64,000 bases of DNA from Limisphaerales bacterium (GCA_965227305.1 OZ245740.1:1107371-1171370); one strand, 5' to 3'; numbered from the stretch's first letter, positions 45,813 to 55,511 are shown. Translations and numbers: made by a program. The notes: generated from the letters alone by a model not told the origin.

Positions 45813-47315
45813 TTACGGTAGCGCTTTGATATCCGGGTAATTGAGGAGAAACTCCCGGCGTTGGTCTGCAAAGGTCTTCAGGCTCATGATCGTCCGTTCT
45901 CCGCGTGGCATGTCGGTTTCAACCAGCGTGCGGAACGCTTCATAAGAAGCGAGCTTGCGCGTATCGCGTTTGACATCGGGATCAATCATCGCTTGATAGC
46001 GCCGAGCGATGGGGCCTAAACGGTCCCAGTCGAGCCACTTCTTGGCGATGTCTCGTACGATCTCTAGATACCGCGTTCGGAGGGAAGGCACGGCAAGGAG
46101 TCGGCTCAGTAAAACCTTGTCGGGATCTTCCGATCCGATGAAGGGATCCAGATCGGTACCGCGTTCCGCGTCGCCTCGGATACGCGCTGGGGCATCGTAG
46201 AAGGCCTCATTCCCGTCGTGCGGGTAAACTACGAAGCGACCGTCTTTTCCGCGGTAGAGGTTGTAGTCGCTGGCACGGATCCAGTAGCCGTCATCGTTGA
46301 TGAACGCGCTTTCGAGCGCGAGGAACCGCAGGGCGGCTTCGATATCAAAAATCGGTTCGAGCTCGGCTTCGAGTTCGTCGAGTGGCGTGTTGGTCAGTAC
46401 ATTGCAAAGTTGGATGAGAGCCTGCCAGGCTTCCGGATCTTCTTTGCTGTGGAGTTCGTAGTGTTTGCGATATGCGTCGACGTCATCGCCGATGTAATTG
46501 AGTCCCGCCGTGGCCCACGGGCTGCCGGGGGCTTTCCAGCGGTTGCCCGATTTGGTGCCCCACCAATCTTTGATGAAATCCTTGTCTTCTTGTTGGGTGT
46601 TGACATAAACGCCCCAATACTTGCCGTTGATGATCAATTTGACGAAGTTGGCTTCGGGAGCCGCAGTGTATTCGCGGGCGATTTGGTAATACAACACCGC
46701 CTTGAGCATGGTGGGGTCCCCGTTTGAGTTGAGGAGGTTGAAGGTGCGGTAGCCTTCCAAGTTCTGACCGGGGACGACGAAGTCCAGTTTGAGGTTGAGC
46801 GAGCGTTTGCGTCCCTCGGCGACGAAGAGGAAGGACGAGGCGCCACGGCAGTGCACGCCGACGTTTTCGAAGCGTTTGCGATCGACGATCAGACGGGCGG
46901 GCACGTCGATGTCGGTGAAGCGAAATTCGGTGAGGGCGCGTTCCCAGTCCGGGTCTTCAAACTCGAGAAAGAAGGTGCGCACGGTAAGCGGGTCAAATGC
47001 CGGTCGCCCCGGGTAGGCGCGCACATCGGATTGGCGCACGGGGTGACCGGGGCGGGTGGGTTCGCCACCGGGGAAGGGGCGGGGCCGTCCGGACGGCGGG
47101 CGTTTGGCGGCTTCTTCGGCGAGGGTTTTGCGGGCGACTTGGCGTTCGGCAGCATTGAGCCAGCCGTCTTGGTTGGCATCGAAGCGGTCTTGGGCTTGTT
47201 CTTCGATCGAGAGGGTTTTGGCCCAGGGCGGGGCTTGGCGGCGTTGGGCGGATGCCTCGGGTGCCAGGGTGAGGACCAGAAGGCACACGAGGGCGGCAAG
47301 AGAAACATGTGGCAT
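45813..47315 (-). CDS. Exported CotH kinase-family protein (stand-alone, 500 aa) with EF-hand-like N-terminal loop
   Basis: Signal peptide MPHVSLAALVCLLVLTLAPEASAQ; loop DANQDGWLNAAE. CotH core: FLEFEDPDWERALTEF..RKRSLNLKLDFVVPGQNLEGYRTFNLLNSNGDPTMLKAVLYYQIAREY..NFVKLIINGKYWGVYVNTQQEDKDFIKDWW..YELHSKED. Confidence 0.85.
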   Translation of the reverse strand: MPHVSLAALVCLLVLTLAPEASAQRRQAPPWAKTLSIEEQAQDRFDANQDGWLNAAERQVARKTLAEEAAKRPPSGRPRPFPGGEPTRPGHPVRQSDVRAYPGRPAFDPLTVRTFFLEFEDPDWERALTEFRFTDIDVPARLIVDRKRFENVGVHCRGASSFLFVAEGRKRSLNLKLDFVVPGQNLEGYRTFNLLNSNGDPTMLKAVLYYQIAREYTAAPEANFVKLIINGKYWGVYVNTQQEDKDFIKDWWGTKSGNRWKAPGSPWATAGLNYIGDDVDAYRKHYELHSKEDPEAWQALIQLCNVLTNTPLDELEAELEPIFDIEAALRFLALESAFINDDGYWIRASDYNLYRGKDGRFVVYPHDGNEAFYDAPARIRGDAERGTDLDPFIGSEDPDKVLLSRLLAVPSLRTRYLEIVRDIAKKWLDWDRLGPIARRYQAMIDPDVKRDTRKLASYEAFRTLVETDMPRGERTIMSLKTFADQRREFLLNYPDIKALP

Positions 47316-47351
47316 GCCAAAAGCATTCGGTTTGCGGTAGGAAAGTCAAGG

Positions 47352-47373
47352 GTAACTGAGACTTCAGTCTCAG
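47352..47373 (-). repeat. Family-1 REP-like hairpin copy
   Basis: Reverse complement reads gggctgagacTGAAgtctcag-ttac. Intergenic, 37 nt upstream of the CotH start at 47315. Confidence 0.8.
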
Positions 47374-47501
47374 CCCACGCAGGTGTCCTTGACAAACAAC
47401 GCACCGATTCCATCAAATAGCACTCAAACCGGCGCCAGCCCGTTTGGCGTGCCGTTTGTACGTCGGCCCAATGTTGGGCCAAGGAAGGCAGGTAGTTCGC
47501 G

Positions 47502-48185
47502 ATGATGGATAGCGACGCTCAACGGCAATCGTCCGACTGCGGCGGGGCATGGACTGAAGTCCATGTTACCCTGCGCGACCGTTTCCAAAACCTGTGCCGA
47601 CGAACCGAGCTCCCGACCGACCTCACCACACGCACGTGGGAACGACTGACCACCCGCTACAACGAACCCCATCGCGCGTATCATAACCTCGCCCACATCG
47701 AAGCCTCACTCGCGCTCTTCGACTCCCTGAACACGGACGCGTTGCCTCTGGAATGGGCGATCTGGTGTCACGACGTCATCTATGAACCACTCGCCACGGA
47801 CAACGAGGCTGCGAGCGCTCGATGGTTCGTCGAAGCCATCGGAGACGCTATTCCCGCCGGATTGAGCGATGCCGTCCAAAGGCTCATCCTGGCCACGGAC
47901 TTGCGACAGCAGCGTTCGCACGCACCCGATGAAGATCTGATGATCGACATCGATTGGAGCATCCTGGGAACGGACCCCGAAGCCTATCGTCAATACGCAG
48001 CCGCGATTCGGCAAGAGTATCAGATGGTGCCGGATGAGGCATTCACCCAGGGCCGGGCGGAGGTATTGGGGCGGATTCTCAAAGAACGGATTTATTGGAC
48101 GCCACATTTCGCCCATCTGGAGGCGCCGGCACGGCAGAATTTGGAGGCGGACCGGGACTGTTTGGTTGCCGCAGATTCTGATTGA
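47502..48185 (+). CDS. HD-superfamily metal-dependent phosphohydrolase (COG4339-like)
   Basis: 227-aa ORF with LTTRYNEPHRAYHNLAHIEASL and WAIWCHDVIYEP (H...HD). The first ~20 codons (..GGAWTEVHVTL) are encoded by a family-1 hairpin repeat, so the real start may lie further downstream or be non-canonical. Confidence 0.75.
   Translation: MMDSDAQRQSSDCGGAWTEVHVTLRDRFQNLCRRTELPTDLTTRTWERLTTRYNEPHRAYHNLAHIEASLALFDSLNTDALPLEWAIWCHDVIYEPLATDNEAASARWFVEAIGDAIPAGLSDAVQRLILATDLRQQRSHAPDEDLMIDIDWSILGTDPEAYRQYAAAIRQEYQMVPDEAFTQGRAEVLGRILKERIYWTPHFAHLEAPARQNLEADRDCLVAADSD
47548..47569 (+). repeat. Family-1 REP-like hairpin copy
   Basis: ggggcatggacTGAAgtccatg-ttac. It lies inside the 5' end of the HD ORF as called. 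Confidence 0.8.
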
Positions 48186-48188
48186 GAC

Positions 48189-48533
48189 ATGGCTACGACG
48201 ACGCGCGAGGCGATCCGGACGTATCGGATTCATTTGGAATCGGTCGGGGCCGCTTGTGACCGGCCTGAGGATCAAATGATCGATCGCGGTTCGTATTTCT
48301 ATTTTGCCTATCCGGAGAGGTGGATCGGACGGAATGGGGTCTTCGTGGATAAGGCTTCGGGGCGGCTGTTTGTTGTCGGGAGTATTGCTGCCTCGATTGG
48401 CTTTACTCTGGTTGCCAGATGCCGCGGAAGAAGGTGGGGGCCTGTGAGGACGGGATGGTGCGGGTTTGTCGGTGTTGGTAGCGTTCGAATCGGATTTCTT
48501 CCTGAGGGATCCATTGGTGCAGATCTTGGCTAG
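48189..48533 (+). CDS. Small hypothetical protein (YrhB/immunity-protein-like N-terminal ~65 aa?), 3' part overlaps a convergent giant gene
   Basis: The ATG is 3 nt after the HD gene stop. The N-terminal 65 aa look protein-like (IDRGSYFYFAYPERWIGRNGVFVDKASGRLFVVGS). The last ~45 aa (RCRGRRWGPVRTGWCGFVG..) look like antisense read-through of the 48403..54492 gene. Confidence 0.4.
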   Translation: MATTTREAIRTYRIHLESVGAACDRPEDQMIDRGSYFYFAYPERWIGRNGVFVDKASGRLFVVGSIAASIGFTLVARCRGRRWGPVRTGWCGFVGVGSVRIGFLPEGSIGADLG

Positions 48534-51500
48534 ATTCGACGGTAACGACCCCCTCGCGGCTTGAGGTGATATCGATTTGGCTTTCGCCGAATTCATCAAC
48601 ATAGATGTGAAGTCCGACAGCTGAGGTGGGGGGGCGCAGCCGCCCGTCGTTTGTGGCGTTGCCTCTCGGGTGCTGCCACGCGTTAGGGTCGAGTGTGACG
48701 CCCGGTAACTTGTGAACCGACAGAACAAGGTCGAGCAAGTAAAGATTGCCTTCTGGCCCAATCGAGCCGGGTGACTGCCAAGAGCCGCCAAGGTACTTTG
48801 CTATGAGTGAACCATCCGTTGAGTCCAGTCTGTGAGTTTGGATTGATTCAGAGACAAATACCGTGCCGTCCGAAGCCACGACCGGAATTATGGAATGGTG
48901 ATTTGGGCCCCATTTGCTCGGGGTTGCCTCCCAAAGGATTGAACCGCTTCGGATGTCTACCGCATAAACAGTGCCCCTAGCTCCCAGGTAGACTTGCCCG
49001 CTGCTTGCGATACTAATGTTCGTGGGGAAGGTGTCTGGAAGAGATTGTCGAGCTTTCTCAGGTTCGACTTGAACTCGCCACAATTCAGTGCCGGTGTCAC
49101 CGTCTAGGGCGATGATGGTTCCGTCATTGATGGTGCTGCATACCGCGACGCTTCTGTCTGCCGGGTTTGTGCTTGTCGGAGGTTCATGCCACAGGGCTAC
49201 ACCGTCTCTAAAGCGGAGATCCGGGTGCGTTGCTTTCCATGAGATGACTTGGTTTTCTGGATCGATGGCGAAGATAGTGTCCAGTACATGACGTCTTTCT
49301 CCGCCAACCGCAAAAAGACGACCTTTGGTATCAATGCTTACCGATCCTATGTGTGGCGCTTCGGGCAGTTCTAGTAGGCCGTTGTCTGTGCCTGAGTTGC
49401 GGTTGTATTTTTGATTGCCGAGCCAAATTGTTTCGTGGGCGTCGATTGCTGGGAAGCTGTCCTTTTGGTTGCTGGTCACTGACCAAAGTGTTGAACCATT
49501 GGTTGCATCGTAGGCACTAAGGGTTACCGGTTTTCCGGAGCCTTCTATCGTTGGGAAGATGACGACGTTGGGGGACGGCAGAATGGGGGGGAGGGCACTG
49601 TAGATCTCAATATTCTTTCTCCAGATACTATCACCCGTAAAGCGATCTAACGCTTCCAATGAGCGGCTGTATCCGTAGAACAGCATCGTGTCAGTCAGAG
49701 CTCCGGGGGCATAGGGTTCGAAGCTTAGTCCACTCGATGCCCAGTGCCTATCATTGGTGTCAGGGACCACTAACGCTCCGATAGTTAGGTCGCGTCCTTC
49801 GCCTTGGATCTGAATCGAGGGGGACAGTACGTCAATGGTGTCTTGGATCGGCGGTGCCGTGTTAAATGTCCAGGAGTGAAACACTTCACCGGGGGCCAGA
49901 AGGGGACTAATTGTTACTACTTGGTCTTGTCCATATCGTTCTTGCCGTGGGCTGACTTTGACTTTGTCGAAAAAGGATAGGACGGTGAGTCTCCAGCCCG
50001 GTTCGACGGGGATTGGTGTCGACCACGCCTCTCCGTATGCGTTCTTGGCTTGAAGTTGATAGATCGACTCAGGCTCGTCGTAGCTCTCGCGTTTGACCGT
50101 GAGAATGGTCGCGTTGGCCCCTTCAATGGCTTCTCCATCTTTCCACCATTGAAATTCAAACGGAAGAGTGCCTTCAAATCTTGCGTAGATCTCGGTCCCT
50201 GTGGTGACGAATGCTCCGGTCGGGTCACGCCCGGTGCCGACGGAGTAGGTGTGACCGCTAGCTGAAATGAATTCTGGTGGTCTGCCGCGAGTTAAATGTG
50301 AGTTTGGGAGTGGGGTGCCGGGGGACTCCGTGATCTCCGCTTCCGATCTTTGAATGCGCGTGAGTTCACCGAACTGATTCACTCCGTAGACATAGTCCTG
50401 GTAGACAAATCGGCTGTTCATGGAGATTTGGCTGCGCCAATGAATCTCGCCCGTTTGTGTGTCGAACGCGGTTAGGCCCTCTGCTGTGCTGAAGTAGATG
50501 GTCTCGCCGCTACTGAGGGTTTCCGGGAATGGCGTCGGCGTTGGCGCCCGCCATCGAACGGCTCCAGTCTTCTTGTCAATGAAGAGGATACCGTCATTTC
50601 GGTTTTCGCTTTCGGGATCTTTTCGACCAATGACCAGGCCGGTGGGGGTCGTCGCTCGAAATCCGAGCAGGGTTTCCGGTGTCTCAATCGCCCACAAGGG
50701 TTCGCTATTGTATGCGTGATAAGCTTTAAGTTTGTTGCCTGAGACTTCGTAGATGGTCTCTGATTCTTGGTCGAGTATGGCGATAGGAGTGCCTCGGGCG
50801 GTGAGTGGGCGAGGGAAGGATTGGAGTCTGGGATACGTGCGAGAGCCAGCTGGCTGACCGGTCAAAGCGTCAATGGGAGCCAGACGACGTGTGAAACTGC
50901 TTTGATGACCGCCATAGATGAGACTGCTGGCGGTTGGGGTAATGTGGTTGAATTCCGTTTCCCAGAGTTTTGCCCCCGTGGTGGTGTCGTAGGCGAGAAG
51001 CCTTTCGATGATATCGGAGAGCAGTAGGTCGGGCCCCGCCCAATAGAGAATTCCTTTTGAGTTGATCTGAAATACGTTGAGGATGGCGCCGTCTAGATCT
51101 AGGAGGGTCAATTCACCCGCCAGAAGTGCGATTTGATCCGGAGTTGAGATCATTTGAGAGGGGCTATGCGTAGTGAATGTCCGGGGAACTGGGCGGCGCC
51201 ATTGAACGGCTTCGGTTTCCAGATCATATGCGACAATGCTGTGGCCGTCCTCATCTTCCGTGATCGCGACCAGGAGCCGCGGATTCGGTCGTGTCATTGG
51301 TCGGATCAGTCTTGAGGGCGGATTTTCGAACGCGACGCTAGATCCGGGGAGCAGGGCTGGATTCTTGGTGAAGCGAGCGAGGAGTTGGCCCGAATGGTTG
51401 GGTGCGAATGTGAGTGGATTGTCGGTGCTTGTTTGGTCTTCGTATTCCCAACTTTGAAAGACCCAGCTTTGATTCCTTGGAATAGCGGTGGCAGTTAGGC

Positions 51501-54492
51501 TGTCGCCGGGAGCGACGATGCCTGAACTATCCTCGAACTGTATTCGTCCATTGCCGCGAATAGAGGGGGTCATTTCAATCACGCCTTGTGCGGTGATCGG
51601 ATCGCTTGCTAGTTCACCATCCACCGTTCTCGCCACGAAGGTGTATTGACCGATACTGGTTGCTTGGGATTCTGAAATCGAAAGGGTTGGTCGAGTCTGA
51701 TCGACGAGTGCTACGCCATCGTGGAACCAGGTTCCTGAGATGTCCGGGCTTCGACTGATTTGAACTGGGATCTCGAGTCTTTCCCCGATCTTGAAACGGA
51801 GGCTTCTTGGCTGAGAAATGATTGAGGGAGGAGCATTGGCTAGAGGAGCTGTGCCTGCATTGGACGTGGCATGGCGGTTGGCCCGAGGCCAGGCGCTGAT
51901 GGCGGGCCGAAGTTCGGGGATCTCGAATGTGACCACTCGGCCATCTCGAGTTGTGGAGGTAAGACGATTCCCGGAAGCATGGATCAACGGACTTGATTCG
52001 AGAAGGCCTGGACTAGTGAGTCGGGACAGTTCAACTCCTGTCGAGGCCTCCAATTGGATCAATTCTCTGGTTGCATTCCCGAGGAAGAGCCGGTCGTGTG
52101 CGTCCAGGCAAATGCTGTCGTGCTGAGTCATTCCGGCGTCATAGGACCAATGCTGTTGTCCAGTATGGAGATCGATTCCGTAAATGTGGCCGTCGAAGCC
52201 GGTGGCGATAACGTGTCCGGTGTTTGAGATCAGAGGCGTTCCGGCTACCGGTGTTCCGAGATCGCGTTCCCACACGATCTCGCCCTGTTGAGTGGTCAGG
52301 CGCCGAACGATTCCATCCCAACCGCCGAGGTAGGCGTATCCTTTAAAATCAAGCGATATTCCGGCCTCCACGCTGTTTTCGAGTTGAGTGGACCAATGGA
52401 GGGATCGGGTTTTTGTGTCGAGTGCGTATACCCAACCAGCCATATCAGCGAAGTAGGCGATCCCGTTGAGATCGATTGCGGGTGCGGCGGCAATGCGTTC
52501 CTTGGCTTCAAACGAATGTTTCACGGCCCCCGTTTGCAGGTCAACGAAATGTAGCTTGCCTCCTTCAGTGGCCCAGATGACTTCGTCCCGTTCGATGACG
52601 GGCGGCGCCGTGCCTCCTCGCGGGAAGGTGCGTTGCCACAGGGGGGCGCCCGTTGCGGCGTCGAACGCGGAAAGGTTCCCTTGCAGGTCCCCAACGCAAA
52701 TGGTGGAGGCGGCAATTGCGGGGGCGCCGACTGTTGGGCCGATTGAGTGGGTCCGCCAAAGTTCCGTGCCTGAGCTTGGATCGATGGCGGCCAGCACTCC
52801 GTCGAGGGAAGCTGAGATCAGGGTGCGTTCTGGAGTTGCGGAAACCGCCGTCAATGCGCTGGCGCCAAGATCGGTTGCCCAGAGCGCATCGTGATCCACA
52901 GGCGGCAGCTCTCGGGAGTCTGGGGTGATCTTTTCGATCTGATTGGTTTCTAGATTCAGGCTATAGACGTTCCAAGTGGGGATAGTGGATGAGTCGACGT
53001 CTGAAGTAGGTTCGCCGGGTGGGACGGGGCTTGTGAAGATCAGTCTTCGATTATCTTGAGTGAAGAAACTTGGAAACCACATGGTTGAAAGTTGAGCACT
53101 CCAGCTGGCTAAGAGGCGTTGTTCCGCACGGATCGTGTCAAAGAGCTTGATATTGATTCTGTCTGGCGTGGTGCGAGCACTGTTGTTGGAGCGTTTGAGG
53201 CGGAGTAAGGTTTTCTCGATGAAGGCGATCCATCGCCCGTCTGGGCTGACCTTTGTGGCTTCTTGTGCGATGTTTTGAAGGTGTTGTTCAGAGCTACTCC
53301 GAGCCGTATGTGTGCCGCCGATCTGGAGGGGGAGTGTGCGATCATCCAAGCGGTCGTAAATGACGGCGTGACTCGTTCCAGCCGGGCCGTAGTTTGAAAT
53401 GCTTTCGGTGACTGCGGCGATGGTCGTGGTCCCGGAACGGTCGAGCGAGAGGCTGTCCTCAACGAGAATCGTCTGGTCGCGTAGACTACGACTATATCTA
53501 TGCTCCGCGCTCGGAAGGGGAAAGAGCCTCGTTTGTATTGTGTCGAAACTGAGTAAGTAAGTTTTCGCCAAAAAGGGTCCATTCGGTGCTGGAAGGAACG
53601 CTTGCCGTGGCTTCATGAGAAGTTTGTTTCCGGCGCCGGACAGGACGACTTCGGACGGATCGAAGAATGCGGGTCGATCACGGTTCCCTCCAATCGCCGC
53701 TCCGAATCTCGAGAAGTCGATGTGCGTCAGTTTCTCATTCGTCGCGTTCCAGATATAGAGCCCCCCAAACTTCCCCTCAGTAAATTCAGCGAGGTGATTC
53801 AGTCCCGAGGTGACGAGTGCGGTGTTTCCGGATTCATCGATGTTGATCACTCGGCTAGATGGATTCGTTTGGCTTGAGCGTTGGTTCGATGGCGTGAGCC
53901 GGGTCACCGTCTGCCGATGAAAACTGTAGGCGAAGGCATCGGAGCTGTTGTTTTGGTCGTCGTCTACGAGATCGAACGCGAAACTCTCGAAATACAATTG
54001 GGTCGCGCTGCTCGCCATTTTGGCGTTCCAGGAGTCGCCATTACCCGGGGTACTCGTGTTCTGGGCAGTAGAAACTAGGCGCACCGTTCGCGCCCAGCAA
54101 TCATAGACGAAGATATTCGAGCGTCGCGGGTGGACCGTCTGGTCCTCGGAATTTAGCGGCGCTTCGAAAGCGATGAACCTTCCATTGCCGCCTAGCGAGC
54201 CGCCTAACAGGTTCTGCCCCAATTCGACGCCTCGATAGTCTGGCAGCTCAATCGTTTCCGTCTTTCCCGTTGTGAGATCGTGTAGTAGTAGCGGTGAGAT
54301 GGCGGTTTGGGCGGGGTTCTGATTCCTTGCGTCGCCAAAATCCGAAAAGGTCAATAGGAATCGAGAATCAGCGGATGCCTCGATAGCGAATGAACTGGCT
54401 GCTTGGGTGGGCGGGTTGATCGAAATGAACGCGGCCAGAAGCAAACTGAGCTTGCCCGCAGATTCGAAGACACTTGGGGTTGAATTGTTCAT
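48403..54492 (-). CDS. Giant exported protein (2,029 aa): multiple PQQ/BamB-like beta-propellers, Ig I-set-like and InlB-B-repeat-like domains
   Basis: Signal-like N-terminus MNNSTPSVFESAGKLSLLLAAFISINPPTQAAS. At least 15 blade motifs of the PQQ-like type: GTELWRTHS, GAPLWQRTF, SLHWSTQL, EIVWERDL, QQHWSYDA, GAKLWETEF, EPLWAIETP, AVRWRAPTP, EIHWRSQI, DSIWRKNI, STLWSVTS, VISWKATH, TELWRVQV, SILWEATP. Ig-like: PPSIISQPRSLRFKIGERLEIPVQ..GQYTFVARTVDGE and FEFQWWKDGEAIEGANATILTV..IYQLQAKNAYGE. Visibly more A/T-rich than its neighbours (by eye). Confidence 0.8.
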   Translation of the reverse strand: MNNSTPSVFESAGKLSLLLAAFISINPPTQAASSFAIEASADSRFLLTFSDFGDARNQNPAQTAISPLLLHDLTTGKTETIELPDYRGVELGQNLLGGSLGGNGRFIAFEAPLNSEDQTVHPRRSNIFVYDCWARTVRLVSTAQNTSTPGNGDSWNAKMASSATQLYFESFAFDLVDDDQNNSSDAFAYSFHRQTVTRLTPSNQRSSQTNPSSRVINIDESGNTALVTSGLNHLAEFTEGKFGGLYIWNATNEKLTHIDFSRFGAAIGGNRDRPAFFDPSEVVLSGAGNKLLMKPRQAFLPAPNGPFLAKTYLLSFDTIQTRLFPLPSAEHRYSRSLRDQTILVEDSLSLDRSGTTTIAAVTESISNYGPAGTSHAVIYDRLDDRTLPLQIGGTHTARSSSEQHLQNIAQEATKVSPDGRWIAFIEKTLLRLKRSNNSARTTPDRINIKLFDTIRAEQRLLASWSAQLSTMWFPSFFTQDNRRLIFTSPVPPGEPTSDVDSSTIPTWNVYSLNLETNQIEKITPDSRELPPVDHDALWATDLGASALTAVSATPERTLISASLDGVLAAIDPSSGTELWRTHSIGPTVGAPAIAASTICVGDLQGNLSAFDAATGAPLWQRTFPRGGTAPPVIERDEVIWATEGGKLHFVDLQTGAVKHSFEAKERIAAAPAIDLNGIAYFADMAGWVYALDTKTRSLHWSTQLENSVEAGISLDFKGYAYLGGWDGIVRRLTTQQGEIVWERDLGTPVAGTPLISNTGHVIATGFDGHIYGIDLHTGQQHWSYDAGMTQHDSICLDAHDRLFLGNATRELIQLEASTGVELSRLTSPGLLESSPLIHASGNRLTSTTRDGRVVTFEIPELRPAISAWPRANRHATSNAGTAPLANAPPSIISQPRSLRFKIGERLEIPVQISRSPDISGTWFHDGVALVDQTRPTLSISESQATSIGQYTFVARTVDGELASDPITAQGVIEMTPSIRGNGRIQFEDSSGIVAPGDSLTATAIPRNQSWVFQSWEYEDQTSTDNPLTFAPNHSGQLLARFTKNPALLPGSSVAFENPPSRLIRPMTRPNPRLLVAITEDEDGHSIVAYDLETEAVQWRRPVPRTFTTHSPSQMISTPDQIALLAGELTLLDLDGAILNVFQINSKGILYWAGPDLLLSDIIERLLAYDTTTGAKLWETEFNHITPTASSLIYGGHQSSFTRRLAPIDALTGQPAGSRTYPRLQSFPRPLTARGTPIAILDQESETIYEVSGNKLKAYHAYNSEPLWAIETPETLLGFRATTPTGLVIGRKDPESENRNDGILFIDKKTGAVRWRAPTPTPFPETLSSGETIYFSTAEGLTAFDTQTGEIHWRSQISMNSRFVYQDYVYGVNQFGELTRIQRSEAEITESPGTPLPNSHLTRGRPPEFISASGHTYSVGTGRDPTGAFVTTGTEIYARFEGTLPFEFQWWKDGEAIEGANATILTVKRESYDEPESIYQLQAKNAYGEAWSTPIPVEPGWRLTVLSFFDKVKVSPRQERYGQDQVVTISPLLAPGEVFHSWTFNTAPPIQDTIDVLSPSIQIQGEGRDLTIGALVVPDTNDRHWASSGLSFEPYAPGALTDTMLFYGYSRSLEALDRFTGDSIWRKNIEIYSALPPILPSPNVVIFPTIEGSGKPVTLSAYDATNGSTLWSVTSNQKDSFPAIDAHETIWLGNQKYNRNSGTDNGLLELPEAPHIGSVSIDTKGRLFAVGGERRHVLDTIFAIDPENQVISWKATHPDLRFRDGVALWHEPPTSTNPADRSVAVCSTINDGTIIALDGDTGTELWRVQVEPEKARQSLPDTFPTNISIASSGQVYLGARGTVYAVDIRSGSILWEATPSKWGPNHHSIIPVVASDGTVFVSESIQTHRLDSTDGSLIAKYLGGSWQSPGSIGPEGNLYLLDLVLSVHKLPGVTLDPNAWQHPRGNATNDGRLRPPTSAVGLHIYVDEFGESQIDITSSREGVVTVESSQDLHQWIPQEEIRFERYQHRQTRTIPSSQAPTFFRGIWQPE

Positions 54493-55400
54493 TCGACCGG
54501 AGCTGTCATGCGCTTGGCGAGCCAGAGTGAATCTTCGTTGCGTCCTAGGGTTGGCCCGAATTGCCGCGTTTGTGTGGTGTAGCCGTTGCTATCAAGCGTA
54601 CGGTGGAGTCGGGTGCTGAGATGTTGCCAGCGATGGATCGAAGCGTGTCCATCGGCGTACCCGATGACCGTTCCGTTGCTGTGCATGGCGCTGGGTAGAT
54701 CCCTGAGGCTGGCGTGTTCGTAGAATGGACCCTTTTCGGCGTTCCACACATTGAGGATGAACTGGGGGTAATTGATAAGGTCGAGGTGTCGGCTAAGGAA
54801 GGTGATGTGTGACCCTGGTTCGGGGACGGTCAAGTCGGCGAGGTTGGTGTAATGTCTGAGATTTCGGAAGTCCCTGACAAACTGCCCACCCATCCATTGG
54901 TTGAGTCCGTAGGTTCGAACAATGGGTGAGACGGCGCCGTCGTTGTAGGCCTCGTTCCGACCTACCGCGGGATGTGACGGGCACCGAAATAGGTGGGCGT
55001 GGCCATTGAGATAGGGCCACATTGGGCTTTGTGGCGGGCCTACTGTCGGGTCGATCAGTTCGACTGGGGCCTGGCCTTGGACTCTGCCATTGACTGTCCT
55101 CTTTGCCTCCTGCCATCTGAATTCGCCCATACCGCTCCAGTCCTTGACGCTTTCACCGTCTTCGTTTGGCCCGGAACCCGCCCAGGGTATGCGGCCTTCC
55201 CGGTCATCAGCATAAAGCCGCCACGCCTGGTTCAATTGCCGGACGTTGTTCATGCACGCAACGGTTCGAAACGTGCCATGGTGCCGAGGGGGGGAGGCGG
55301 TCAGAAGGACGGAAGCGATAATAAAAGCTGATCCGGCTAGGGTGAGGACTTCTAGTCGACTGAAACCGGCCGGGCTTTTCGAAAACCAGTCTCCTTGCAT
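54489..55400 (-). CDS. Prepilin-type N-terminal cleavage/methylation protein with H-X9-DG motif (DUF1559-like pseudopilin)
   Basis: ORF 54489..55556, trimmed to ATG 55400 (MQGDWFSKSPAGFSRLEVLTLAGSAFIIASVLL). This gives G|FSRLE with Glu at +5 followed by a hydrophobic helix. C-terminal HSNGTVIGYADGH is H-X9-DG. The stop overlaps the ATG of the 2,029-aa gene (ATGA at 54489-54492). Confidence 0.75.
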   Translation of the reverse strand: MQGDWFSKSPAGFSRLEVLTLAGSAFIIASVLLTASPPRHHGTFRTVACMNNVRQLNQAWRLYADDREGRIPWAGSGPNEDGESVKDWSGMGEFRWQEAKRTVNGRVQGQAPVELIDPTVGPPQSPMWPYLNGHAHLFRCPSHPAVGRNEAYNDGAVSPIVRTYGLNQWMGGQFVRDFRNLRHYTNLADLTVPEPGSHITFLSRHLDLINYPQFILNVWNAEKGPFYEHASLRDLPSAMHSNGTVIGYADGHASIHRWQHLSTRLHRTLDSNGYTTQTRQFGPTLGRNEDSLWLAKRMTAPVE

Positions 55401-55489
55401 GAGGGGAGTGTGGCGTAGGTTGGGGGTGGGAAGCAATGATGGTTTTGGGGAATGGCTTGTTTTTGGGTGGCAGGCCAGTTGTGGTGGGG

Positions 55490-55511
55490 CATCGACTGAA
55501 GTCGATGTCAC
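55490..55511 (+). repeat. Family-1 REP-like hairpin copy (GTCAC variant)
   Basis: ggggcatcgacTGAAgtcgatg-tcac. It sits in the divergent intergenic region between the starts at 55400(-) and 55546(+). Confidence 0.75.

Noticed and set aside
47706-48791. 361-aa minus-strand ORF.
   Set aside because: It is antisense to the HD phosphohydrolase gene and overlaps the giant's 3' end out of frame. The composition is junk-like (Pro/Arg/Ser-rich) with no motifs.
48189-54492. Reading the small YrhB/immunity-like ORF as the immunity gene of a polymorphic toxin at the C-terminus of the 2,029-aa giant.
   Set aside because: The small ORF is on the opposite strand (convergent) and is coupled to the HD gene instead. 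The giant's C-terminus looks like the common beta-domain terminal module, not a toxin domain.
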